From positions 372,001-436,000 of the forward strand of contig OZ037765.1 of NCBI GenBank assembly GCA_964035545.1: a DNA stretch of 64,000 bases. Direction: 5' to 3'. The DNA is from Bugula neritina (taxonomy: Eukaryota > Animalia > Bryozoa). The position numbers and the translations under genes are program-made. This document shows positions 24,970-39,421 of the stretch, piece by piece (position 1 is the first letter of the stretch; the number at the start of each line of letters is the position of its first letter). The notes under the pieces are model-generated. The model ran no database searches. It saw only the letters and a list, made by a program, of their open reading frames with translations, and had not been told where the DNA came from.

Positions 24970-26665
24970 ATGCCTTTTGGACCATTTGCTAAAAAGTTCT
25001 CGCCGAAAAAGCCTGGTCCTCGAAAAGCTGTATCACTCTCGACTTTGCAAAACCTTGATAGAGAAACTTTACAGCGTGAGCTTACTCCCGATGATGTTGG
25101 CCAAAAAATAAAAATTAATTTAGATGGCAACAGAATGTATTTTGATGGAAAAGATTGGGTTTCAGGTAAAAGAACCCTGCTCAACTTCAACTCATTAGTG
25201 ACTTTGACACCCTTAAGTTATAAGTTGTACTTGAAATTAAAACTTGGTCGCTCAGTCATTTTTATCATCATGCTTACCTGTCATTAGTAGATTTAAAATG
25301 CTGAAACTTTAATTCGCACTTCAATGACAATCGTAGAATTGAAAGTAAATTGTTGAATTGGCATTGAAATTAAATGATTAATACTAATAGTTTATATTTA
25401 TGAGTATTAAATTCAATATGAATATGTTTAGTAACTCAAACGTGTATTTGGCATTTTCATTTTATGTTCCTTTTAGAAATCATGTATTGTTACTGATTTG
25501 CAAAAGTGAATTACTCTGCTCATCTACTATTTTGCTAAATAGTTGTTTGCTCTTGTGAAAGAATTGAGAATTTGAAAAACACACTCGTGTTTTAGATGAA
25601 ATTAACAACTACAGACACATTAGAAAATCAATCTATTTGGTCTTTTCTGTTAGTGCACTTTAATGCAGTAATTGTTCTTATTTTAGCTACAATCAAAATG
25701 CATTATAGAAATAACTACTATCAGAGTATATTATAGTACCTATGATCTGTAGCCACTATACACTATGACTTCAACTTGTATGACAAAACCAGAATATTTA
25801 TGTTGGGAACCACTAGTAGTCTAAGTCACACTGTGTGTTAGTTTAGTATTTATTTTGACTTAATTGTAGAAAGTGGTAACAGTGGAGTCTCTCAAAAGGA
25901 ACTCAACAGTATTAAACGTTCCAACGAGAAACTGAAAGAAGAAAATAATTTGTTGAAGTTTAAACTGGACATCTTACTAGATATGGTACCAGATCTCACT
26001 CTAAATTATCAGTATAGGCACTTCTCACTCTTCAACTTGAATGGTTCTATAATCAGCTCTAAGTTAGGGGTGAATGAGTGCAGTAGTTTAGGATTCTCGA
26101 GTTTGGAGCTTCAATAAGCTTAGGGCCACACAGGGCTTTTTTTTGCATTTACACCACAAGTAGAAAAGGTGTCCACTGTACAAGAATTTCATGCGCTGAG
26201 ATTGCTGAACGACAGTGCAAATATTTTCTGTCGTCGTTACTTAATTGGCTGGCTTATTTATCGAGCCCACTTTTCTTCAATGCTATGAATTACAGGCGTT
26301 GAAAATGCTGAAGGATTCAGTGGACACCTCTTTCTACTTGTGGTGTAAAGTTTCGTCTGCGAAAATGCGCCCGTGTGGCCCTACGCTAAACCTCAACCCA
26401 AAACTCGAGTACTCTAAACTACTGCACTAACTCACCCCTAACTAGGAGGTGATTCTAGAACCATTCATTCAACTCAGCAGTAACATGGAAACTGGTGAAA
26501 TAATTGCTGCTTGCATCATATTGCTACCAAATATAATATTTGAGTTGGAGTTGTTTTCCCATTTAGTTGACCAAGTCCACAGCCGAGCAGCATTTGCAGC
26601 AGAAGATGATTGACGATTTGAAGGTCATGGTTAGAAGCAAAACTCCATCAAAATCAAGAACTTAG
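24970..26665 (+). CDS. CBY1: Protein chibby homolog (beta-catenin antagonist / basal-body protein)
   Basis: Exons 24970-25165, 25870-25985 and 26567-26665 give MPFGPFAKKFSPKKPGPRKAVSLSTL...DWVS|ESGN...LKEENNLLKFKLDILLDM|LTKSTAEQHL...*, matching the Chibby signatures FSPKK..RK..SLS and EENNLL..K.DILLDML. Confidence 0.93.
26038..26467. mobile_element. Outer MITE-like element with ~70-bp imperfect TIRs and 7-bp TSD (TTCAACT), in Chibby intron 2
   Basis: tgaatggttctataatca...gtgcagtagtttag on the left pairs with ctaaactactgcac...tgattctagaaccattca on the right. ttcaact is directly repeated at 26031-26037 and 26468-26474. Confidence 0.75.
26118..26386. mobile_element. PIF/Harbinger (Tourist)-like MITE nested in the outer element
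   Basis: TIRs gcttagggccacac... / ...gtgtggccctacgc, with subterminal aaggtgtccactg / cagtggacacct. Flanked by TAA on both sides (26115-26117, 26387-26389). Confidence 0.8.
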
Positions 26666-27149
26666 GAGCACCTTGTAGGAACTTAGTCAGCTATGGATGT
26701 CAATTGTCCACTGTAAACCCAGGAATTTCCCTCATTCGTCTCTACTTAGCTCAGAATGGTGTAGAAGAACTCATTTTATGCCCTCTCCCCCGTCTAAAGA
26801 TGAAGAGTAACCAAGACCTCAGGCAATTTTCTTGTACTGCGCATCACTTCTAATTTCTTTAAATTATAACTGAGAATTTTCATTGTTATAAGACTGTGCT
26901 CACTAATGACAATTTTCATTGAACTTATATATATTTATTATTCAAAAACTTGCTGTACAATACCCTTTTATATTGCTGGAGAAATGAAATATTAAATAAT
27001 GATGTGGATATGTAGAATTAGACATATGTTAAGTGTATTGAGGAATATATGCATTCATAGCCAAAGATAAATTAGTGAAGAGCCCCAATAGAACAATTAC
27101 TACAGAAACGTAATCAGGTAAGCACACACAGTAGCAGCTAAAGTTACAC

Positions 27150-27268
27150 CACGCCCACAGGCAGGGCCCACAGGCAGACGCCCACAGACAGGCGCCCACA
27201 GGCAGGACCTACAGGCAGCGCCCACAGGCAGCACCCACAGGCAGCGCCCACAGACAGGCGCCCATAGA
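27150..27268. repeat. GC-rich ~12-14-bp repeat (GCCCACAGGCAG) in the presumed GRB2 3' UTR
   Basis: About 9 degenerate copies. Confidence 0.8.
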
Positions 27269-27641
27269 CGTGAAGTAAATAAGAAAAGTGCTTTAAATAT
27301 GAGCATAGATACATGGGTTGTAATCATTCGCAGTGATTGCTTTCAAACTTTATAAACGTGAGTGGAAAAATATCAAATCATGAAACTCGGCAGCTGTAGT
27401 CCTAGCAATAGGTAGTAATAGTATAGTAATAAGTAATAGTGTGTATTGATGGTACACTTCTACTCAACAGTAACCTTCTCTAGCACAGCTCTCCACCGCT
27501 GCCAGCTAGTCATCATTGGCTGGTCGTAGGAAGGACTGCAGTTATAGAAGGCAATGTTGACACCCGTTGACACCAACTGATGAGAGTTACTGGTTTAAAG
27601 GAGGATGCGTAGAGAGGATGTAGAGGAGGACTTGAAGAGGA

Positions 27642-30474
<2,833 letters not shown>

Positions 30475-31071
30475 ATCCTATGAGTATAAGTAGTCAACTG
30501 TCCAATGAAATGCGAGGTTAGAGTTAACTGGCCAATGAAATGCAGTCTACGAGATTTACCGCTATGAGAAGGAAGATAAGAATTCCCCTAAAACACACCA
30601 ACATCTCATATGTATGAAATTGGAGACTGAAAGGGGGAAAGAGTAGCACAAACTTCCTTGCTACTAATAATTCCTAAAATGGATTTTTTATCACTTTGTA
30701 AAACAAGACTGCACATAAACTCTGTGTGGTATTATATGTGTTTTATAAGGTTACATAATACTTTCTCTGATATATTGTAGACAGCATACTGGATATAATA
30801 TTTAGTTGTGTACAGAAAGGGTGATTAGCATGAGCAAGTTTCATGCTCTCATATAATCATAGGAATTTCCATATGAATTAACTTCCTTTACACTGTGACC
30901 TGACTCCATGGATATATACTATATGCTATTTATAGAGTATACTACACTAATATACATACTGTAGTGGTTTACGGGTTAGATGAGGTCAAACTATGTACTT
31001 TGTATTGGGGACACCAGCCTGAATGGAGATATAAACATCTAAATACCAGTATAATACAGGTACCAGCTACC

Positions 31072-31659
31072 ACCAGTTATACTGTATACTAGTTATACTG
31101 TATACCAGTTATACTGTATACTAGTTATACTGTATACTAGTTATACTGTATACTAGTTATACTGTATACTAGTTATACTGTATACTAGTTATACTGTATA
31201 CCAGTTATACTGTATACCAGTTATACTGTATACTAGTTATACTGTATACTAGTTATACTGTATACTAGTTATACTGTATACTAGTTATACTGTATACCAG
31301 TTATACGGTATACTAATTATACTGTATACCAGTTATACTGTATACTAGTTATACTGTAAACTAGTTATACTGTATACTAGTTATACTGTACACTAGTTAC
31401 ACTGTATACTAGTTATACTGTATACTAGTTATACTGTATACTAGTTATACTGTATACTAGTTATACTGTATACTAGTTATACTGTATACTAGTTATACTG
31501 TATACTAGTTATACTGTATACTAGTTATACTGTATACTAGTTATACTGTATACTAGTTATACTGTATACTAGTTATACTGTATACTAGTTATACTGTATA
31601 CTAGTTATACTGTATACTAGTTATACTGTATACTAGTTATACTGTATACTAGTTATACT
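31072..31659. repeat. 16-bp minisatellite (TATACTAGTTATACTG)
   Basis: About 36 units upstream of the GRB2 ATG, probably in a 5' UTR intron. Confidence 0.95.
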
Positions 31660-31792
31660 ATTACAACTTGGAATGGTTTTGAGTCATTTTTAATATTTAA
31701 AGTAAAATGAAATGCTTTATAATCTGACAAAACAAGTAGTGAAAAAGGAAGAGTAGTTCCAAGTTTCAGTATCAATCAAATCTGTCAACTTA

Positions 31793-32234
31793 GCCTAGGG
31801 CCACACTGTGCCTATTTTCGCATGGGAACATTTAAACCACAGGTAGCAAAGGTGTCCACTGTAGCGTCAGTGATGCGGGATAAATAAAGCTTTTATTTTT
31901 AAACCGCACTCGCTTTTAATAAAACTACTGGAATATAGCATTAAAATAAAAGAATTGGGCTTGCTAAATAATTACCAGCCAATTAGAGACGATTCGCACT
32001 TGCGTTGAGAAAACATTCTGAACGCAAGTGCGAATCGTCTCTAATTGGCTGGTAATTATTTAGCAAGCCCAATTCTTTTATTTTAATGCTATATTCCAGT
32101 AGTTTTATTAAAAGCGAGTGCGGTTTAAAAATAAAAGCTTTATTTATCCCGCATCACTGACGCTACAGTGGACACCTTTGCTACCTGTGGTTTCAATTTT
32201 AGCATGCGAAAATACGCACATTGTGGCCCTAGGC
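31793..32234. mobile_element. PIF/Harbinger-like MITE forming a near-complete palindrome
   Basis: TIRs gcctagggccaca / tgtggccctaggc, TTA flanks on both sides (31790-31792, 32235-32237). 31834-32006 is the reverse complement of 32021-32193. Termini are the same as those of the 26118-26386 element. Confidence 0.88.
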
Positions 32235-35200
32235 TTAGTATTATGACTATGAGATTTTTTTAAATAATGTAAATGATGTAATAATACTAATAGTCATTTA
32301 CCATTTTATTATATTGTATTCAACATTATGATTATGGTTGAGATAACAATTATATTCGCAAAAGCGTAATACATAAAATCATATTCATAATACTTTAAAT
32401 CCAATTGCAAAAAGGAAAACTAGATATTGGTATTAAGTATTACATAAAGTTAAACATGTAAACTTTCTACAACTACAAGTAGTATTACAGAATCTCTATC
32501 AATATCATAATGATTATATTTGCTTTCATCATTTTTAGTTTAATGTTAAATTCAATGGAAATATCAAACTCGGTTTAATTTTGAGATTAATGTATGAGCA
32601 TCACTATTTTATACCATTTAAATTTAATGAAGTTGATAACTAATAGCATTACTAGTACTAGTAAAATGAAAATGACAAAAATTATTTAATAATAAATCTT
32701 TGCCTAATATTTTTATTTTCGTGTTGAAACTCAAACTTGGGTAAAACTCAAAGTACAGAAACACGTAAACGCCAAACGGTAAATACTGAATATATTATTT
32801 ACTATTACTAGTAGTAGTACAATTACTAGCAGTATAAAATTTTTAAATGATGTCAAAACATCCTTTTGAATTTTCTAATTTTATTCACTGTTTATTGCCG
32901 ATTAAAATTACCGATTAGATTTACTTTTAGCCTTTAGGCTTTAGGTGTTTAGTGATATGCTCTTGTATTTCTACTCAACTTCAAGTTAAACTTGCAACAT
33001 CAACAGTAACAGACAACAGCATTTAAGAGCTAGACTTTAACTTTAAGTTTCAGTTTGGAGTTACTCAGTTACACTAACACTTACACTTACTGTTAGTGTT
33101 AGTAACTACTAACTTACAGTTACACTTTGACTTTGACTTGGCCTTACCGTTACTATTAGTAGCAGCAATGAGTTTTAACAGGTATATAGCCTACATAAAT
33201 TATTGTTCAAAATATTGAGTTAAAAGTATGCTTTTTAATGAGTAACACAAGAAATTCCCAACGTTTATTGAATGGTTGCTGAATCAGAATCACAACAATT
33301 TTTTAGGGAAGTCACTTTCCACCATCAGTGAAACTGTAACATAAATACGCTCCGATTTCAAACCGTATATTTGACAACTAATGACCAACCCACAAAATCG
33401 AGCGCAAATGTACCACTATTTCTGTACAACCGCAAAATGACTTTATTTAAATTATAAAAAATTATTTTATTTATGTAGATTATGCATTTTTATTTCATGC
33501 ATAAAATTAATTTTAAATTAATTTTTTTGTAATTATAATCAGTACTAGCTTTGTATTGTACTAATGTTGGTATAAAAGGGGTACAAGTTACTTTACACTT
33601 TTGAGCGAATATAATGGAGTTGTCTATAAATTAAGTATAAACAAGCCCCTACAATCTGACCAATTGCTATGGGAAACAGAGGACTATGTTTTCATTTGTT
33701 ATTCTTCAGATTTACGAATCGGCATAACTAAGCCCCACTATTGTTATTTAAAAACGTGAAAAACTTTGCTGCAAAGTAAAACTAACCTTTGAGCTTGTGC
33801 ATCAAAAGCAACGTTTCTGCAACTTATATACTATTTATTACTTATATACTTACCAATTTTGCTATTCGAATCCCTGCCTTGTAAGGCTTGAGCCCTAAGA
33901 GTAAAAGCTTTATCAGTTTATGATACCTGATACTGGTTGTTGTAGTAATACTAATACCAACATTCGCTTGTTCTGTAAATATTAAATTTTATATCAATAT
34001 GAATATAAATTATGAAATAGATTAAGAATATAAAATTAAATTATTAATTAAAATATGAATTAGAATATCAATATGAATGTCATAACTCATAAGTTAAGGT
34101 TAGGCTGAAAAGGGATCATATTTGTATTGACCTAATCCAAATGTTACTCTCAGGCTGAGATTTATCACTTAGTCTTATGGACTACTGTGTTCTTTTTGCC
34201 TGTATTATTTATTGATTTTGATTGCTTGGTAGTTTTTAGTTGAGACATGTCGATGTTGTCTCAACACTGGACCTCCCTAGAGGGAAGAAGGGGTGTGCCG
34301 CATATTGAAAATAAGTTGTCAGTACTTGGACAGTAGTCCAAACAATGTTAACATTCTTGCGCAGATTAACTTAACAGGCTAACTAGCCTGTCTGTGTGTG
34401 ATTTACAGTTATGGACTGTTCTGGAAAAGTCATTCAATCAGTGCTGATCCTCATATCTCTTATCGTTCTTGAGAGAAAACTATAAAGATATCCATTCTTG
34501 TTTGCTCTCACTAATCTGGGAAGTCCTGAAACCTGAGATCGAGTCTGTACAGTGTTTAAATTTCTTAAGGCTTAAAGTTAATCACCTAAATTTTATTGGA
34601 ATCAAAAATATGAATATTATTATTTATTTAGGGAATAATATATAGTTCAATATTTACTTATTAGTTATTACTATTAATGTTAGTGTTACTGTTAGACCTA
34701 ATCAATATCATAATGTAGGTATAACTAAATTCTTATAAAATAATCATATTTGTATAATAATAATGTTATTATCATTATACTTAATTTATGATGATAAATT
34801 ATTGTAAAATAAGAATTATTCATGTTATATGTACCTTAAAGTTAATCTAAATTATAAAGTGGCTGTTAGCGTCATATTGACAGGAAGTTTAACTTTAATT
34901 CTTAAGATTTCTTGAAATTACTGAAGCTGTTGATACATTTGTTTTTATGGTTTCTTCATAATTTTGGCATAGCCTTCGCCTTGCCCCTATCTCTAGTAAT
35001 TGTCTACTTCTGGTATAGAACACGTGTAATGCATGTGTATAAATAAAGTGAATGATGATATACAATATAAATGTATTTATACATAGCCTCTAGTAAATGT
35101 TGCTTTGTAGTAGAATCCCATAATTTTACTTGCAAAGCTATATTTGGTTCATAAACTATTGATGTATTTCTTGAAAGTGAATGTAAATTGTTTAATGTTT

Positions 35201-35237
35201 AGAAAGACTGATGTAGTTGCTAGCGTCAGCTTCAGCT

Positions 35238-38200
35238 ATGCCGTTAACCTCCAACAAACAAGAGCCTGGCGGGCAACTTCTGGCGAAGAAACTAGTCCTT
35301 TGTGGATGTGCTTCTACAGTGGCTGAAACTGGTTAGTATGACAACTCCCAGTTTAGTTCATTAGTTGGAATACCTGACTGGAATACTTCTGCTGAGCATA
35401 TTCAGTAGTAAGATTAAATTTGCAATTAAACTGGAGTGTTCAAATGGTATTATAATTCCATAGCAAATTTTAAAGTTTATAAATTAGTAGGTTAGCAGTT
35501 GTCCACCCTTCTATGTTTAAATGCTTGACTTCCTCCAACTTACATAATTATTGTACCTTGTTATGTTTAGAGAAATATACTTATTGTGATGGCCAAGACA
35601 AGGCAAGTATGGCAGACACATTATTAGTTTTAGAAAAGCAGCTAAAACTTTTCATTAGTATTTTCTGAACCTGAGGCTTGGTTCATGCAGAAACTTAGTC
35701 TAATATTTATACTAAGAGTTATCTCCACCTCATTAGTATCTTATTCTCTCTACAGTCACATTCCCGCTAGATCTGTTCAAAACAAGACTACAACTACAGG
35801 GAGAATTAGCCGCGTCTAGTCATGCTGCCGCTACTGGTGCTGCCGCTACTGGTGCTGCCGCTACTGGTGCTGCCTCCGCTGCTCCGAGGAAAGGCATGCT
35901 GTCTGTAGCTCGTAGCATAGGTCAGTTGGTTTTCTATTCTAGTGAATCACTGCTTATACTGAAGGTATTTCACTGAACATATTAGACAGTTTGTTTCTTT
36001 CAAACTAAATTCTAAAGTATAATCTACCGAAACGTTTAAAGACGAGTTTGATTTAATATTAGATGATCCATTCATAAGAAACTCTTATATTATGTAACAC
36101 TTGATCTATTGTTAGAATCAGTGAATATCAACCCTAGGATAATATAAACTAGATATAGGAGATAGAAGACCTGCTACTCAACTGACTTCTAGTCTAGTTA
36201 TCTGTCATGTCGCACATTTATTATTGATCTCTTCAACTCTTTCATGACATATAGAGGTGAAATTATATATGTGACAATTTTAGTTAAATTTATATGTGCT
36301 TTTATTTTCACAGTGGTGGATGAAGGCTTTTTTAAACTGTGGAAGGGGTTGTCTCCCGCCCTCTATAGACATTACAGTGAGTGTGTTTTACATATGATAT
36401 GTGTTTATATGTGGAAATATGATGCTGTAGTATACACTGTGTCACTGTAGCATACACTGTGTTACTGTAGTATACACTGTGTTACTGTAGTATACACTGT
36501 GCCTCTGTAGCATACACTGTGTTACTGTAGTATACACTGTATCACTGTAGTATACACTGTAGTATACACTGTGTCACTGTAGTATACACAAGTGTCAGAA
36601 TGATAGTCTACGAGATGGTGAGGGACAACATCCTGGCCAGTAAATACAACAAAGATGGCAGATTTCCTGTTTGGTAAGAGTTTATCTACTATATACTATA
36701 ACACAGCTCTACTATATACTATAACACAGCTCTACTATATACTATACTCTACTATATACTATATACTCTACTATATACTATAACACAGCTCTACTATATA
36801 CTATATACTCTACTATATACTATAACACAGCTCTACTATATACTATATACTCTACTATATACTATATACTCTACTATATACTATATACTCTACTATATAC
36901 TATATACTCTACTATATACTATAACACAGCTCTACTATATACTATATACTCTACTATATACTATATACTCTACTATATACTATAACACAGCTCTACTATA
37001 TACTATATACTCTACTATATACTATATACTCTACTATATACTATAACACAGCTCTACTATATACTATATACTCTACTATATACTATATACTCTACTATAT
37101 ACTATAACACAGCTCTACTATATACTATATACTCTACTATATACTATATACTCTACTATATACTATATACTCTACTATATACTATATACTCTACTATATA
37201 CTATATACTCTACTATATACTATATACTCTACTATATACTATAACACACCTCTACTATATACTATAACACACCTCTACTATATACTATATGCTCTACTAT
37301 ATACTATAACACACCTCTACTATATACTATAACACAGCTCACCTTAGCTCTACTATTAGCTACGACATAGACATTCACCTCTGTAGCTTTTTGCAGGCAG
37401 TCAGCCATGTGTGGGCTGTTGGCGGGAGGGTTCGGTCAGTTTCTGGCAAGCCCGGCTGACCTGGTGAAGGTAAACATACAGATGGAGGGGAAGAGGAAGC
37501 TGGAAGGACTTCCTCCCCGGTAGTAAACTACTTTATCTCGGTTTCTAAACAATAGATTCATAGTTGCCCAGTCAACACACAGGTTAGCTGAGGTACTGTA
37601 GCTTCTCTTTGAGTTGTAGTGAAGTTTCCTCTAGCTTAGGGTCTCAAACCGCAGCAGAGTTTAACTTATTTACGCTCTAATGTGCGCATTTCTCTGCCTG
37701 GGTGTTGTAGTCCTCATGCTATACGTATTCATTATATTATTACTATGTCAACATGCGCACACTCACCGTATGGTAGAATAGTAATATAATGGCATAGCGA
37801 TACTCGAGCTCATAATATGGTGATGTCACAGGTTCAAAAGCCCAGCCCACGCATTCAAAGTCATTTACCAACAGAGAGGAGTAACCGGCCTGTGGAAGGG
37901 GTGTGTCCCCAACGTGCAGAGAGCTGCGCTCGTTAACTTAGGAGGTAAGAAAAGACTGCGTAGTGTATCTAGTGTGTTTATACAGTTGCTATGACTTCAA
38001 CATTGACATCTACTGTTCTCTGTAGATCTCACTGCCTACGACTCAGTGAAGAAGTACTTACTTAGAAACACATCTCTAGAGGACAATTGGCTCTGTCACT
38101 TTCTCAGCAGGTAAAATCTGCAGTTCCTTTAATTTACCTGCATGACGTTCATCCTCCTCTCTTAGAATACTCATTCCGCCTGCATCAGTTTTATGTTTTT

Positions 38201-38849
38201 GAAATGCTGTTTGACACATTTCCGTTGCCATGATAATGGGACATGTTGTATCTGCGCACCATGAAGGTATGTCTATTTCCTTTACTACGATTCAGCTGCT
38301 GCTCGGGAATGGTTGCTGCCACACTCAGCTGTCCCGCTGACCTAGTTAAAGCCAGAGTAATGAATCAGCCTCACGACGAGAAGGGAAAAGCTCTTCTGTA
38401 TCGAAACTCCGTTGACTGTCTTGTTAAAACAATTAGAAATGAAGGGTTCTTTGCTCTGTATAAGGGATTCTTGCCCTGCTACATACGAATGGTGAGTGGT
38501 ATACTATACGTCTGCTTCTACTATATAATATACTATACGTCTGCTTCTACTATATAATATATTATACGTCTGCTTCTACTATATAATATATTATACGTCT
38601 GTCTCTACTATATACTCTACGTCTGCTTCTACTATATATTATATTATACGTCTGCTTCTACTATATAATATATTATACGTCTGCTTCTACTATATATTAT
38701 ATTATACGTCTGCTTCTACTATATATTATATTATACGTCTGCTTCTACTATATAATATATTATACGTCTGCTTCTAGGGTCCATGGTCACTGCTATTCTG
38801 GATGTCATACGAAGAGATACGAAACTTAGCTGGAGTGTCAGGATTTTAG
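35238..38849 (+). CDS. UCP4: Mitochondrial uncoupling protein 4 (SLC25A27-like carrier)
   Basis: Exons 35238-35331, 35756-35920, 36314-36376, 36583-36673, 37397-37519, 37832-37944, 38026-38110, 38296-38491 and 38778-38849. It has three carrier motifs ([24 protein letters not shown]) plus the UCP4-typical [24 protein letters not shown] and [15 protein letters not shown]. Confidence 0.95.
36425..36589 (+). repeat. 20-bp repeat duplicating the UCP4 exon-4 acceptor (CTGTAG|TATACAC)
   Basis: tatacactgtgttactgtag units; the last unit supplies the real AG and the first 7 exon bases. Confidence 0.9.
36685..37340. repeat. Two-unit composite minisatellite (CTCTACTATATACTATATA / CTCTACTATATACTATAACACAG) filling UCP4 intron 4
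   Basis: 19-bp and 23-bp units interspersed, starting ~11 nt after the donor at 36674. Confidence 0.93.
38500..38777. repeat. ~29-bp minisatellite (TATACGTCTGCTTCTACTATATAATATAT) filling UCP4 intron 8
   Basis: The final unit ends ...gcttctAG, which is the acceptor. Confidence 0.92.
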
Positions 38850-39421
38850 CTAGTACTAACTCGGGACGCCCTCACAACCTCTCCAACATCTGTTCCCAAT
38901 CATGTGACCAATACAACACACAGCAGATGTTTAGTATTCCGTTCATAGACTGTTGAACTGTATCACTGCATGTTTTACCATTTTTACTAAATAACTCATT
39001 TCTACCTCGTTAGGCAATAGTAAAAGGTAGCCAGTTTGTAGCAATATTATATAGTTGATAACATAGGATATTATATAGTTGATTACATAGCTATACCCCT
39101 TATTAGATGTTACTTGTTTTTATCAATCTATTGTTGAATCAGTTTGAGTTATCAGTAAGGCTGCTATGAACTGAGTATATGTGTACACACGGCTCCGTCT
39201 AACATATATCTTACTATACACATGTGTAGGCTGTGCCAACCATCTTGGATTCCAAATTATTTTTAATTGTGCAAACGCAATTTCGCAAATTGTTATATCA
39301 CCAATTTAGATTTTATTTCAATAGATGATATTTTAAAGAAATATAAATAAATGAATTTGAAAAACTAGCACTAACAAAGTTTAGTAGTAATAAAATATAT
39401 TCTGAATATAAAGTTCTGAGC

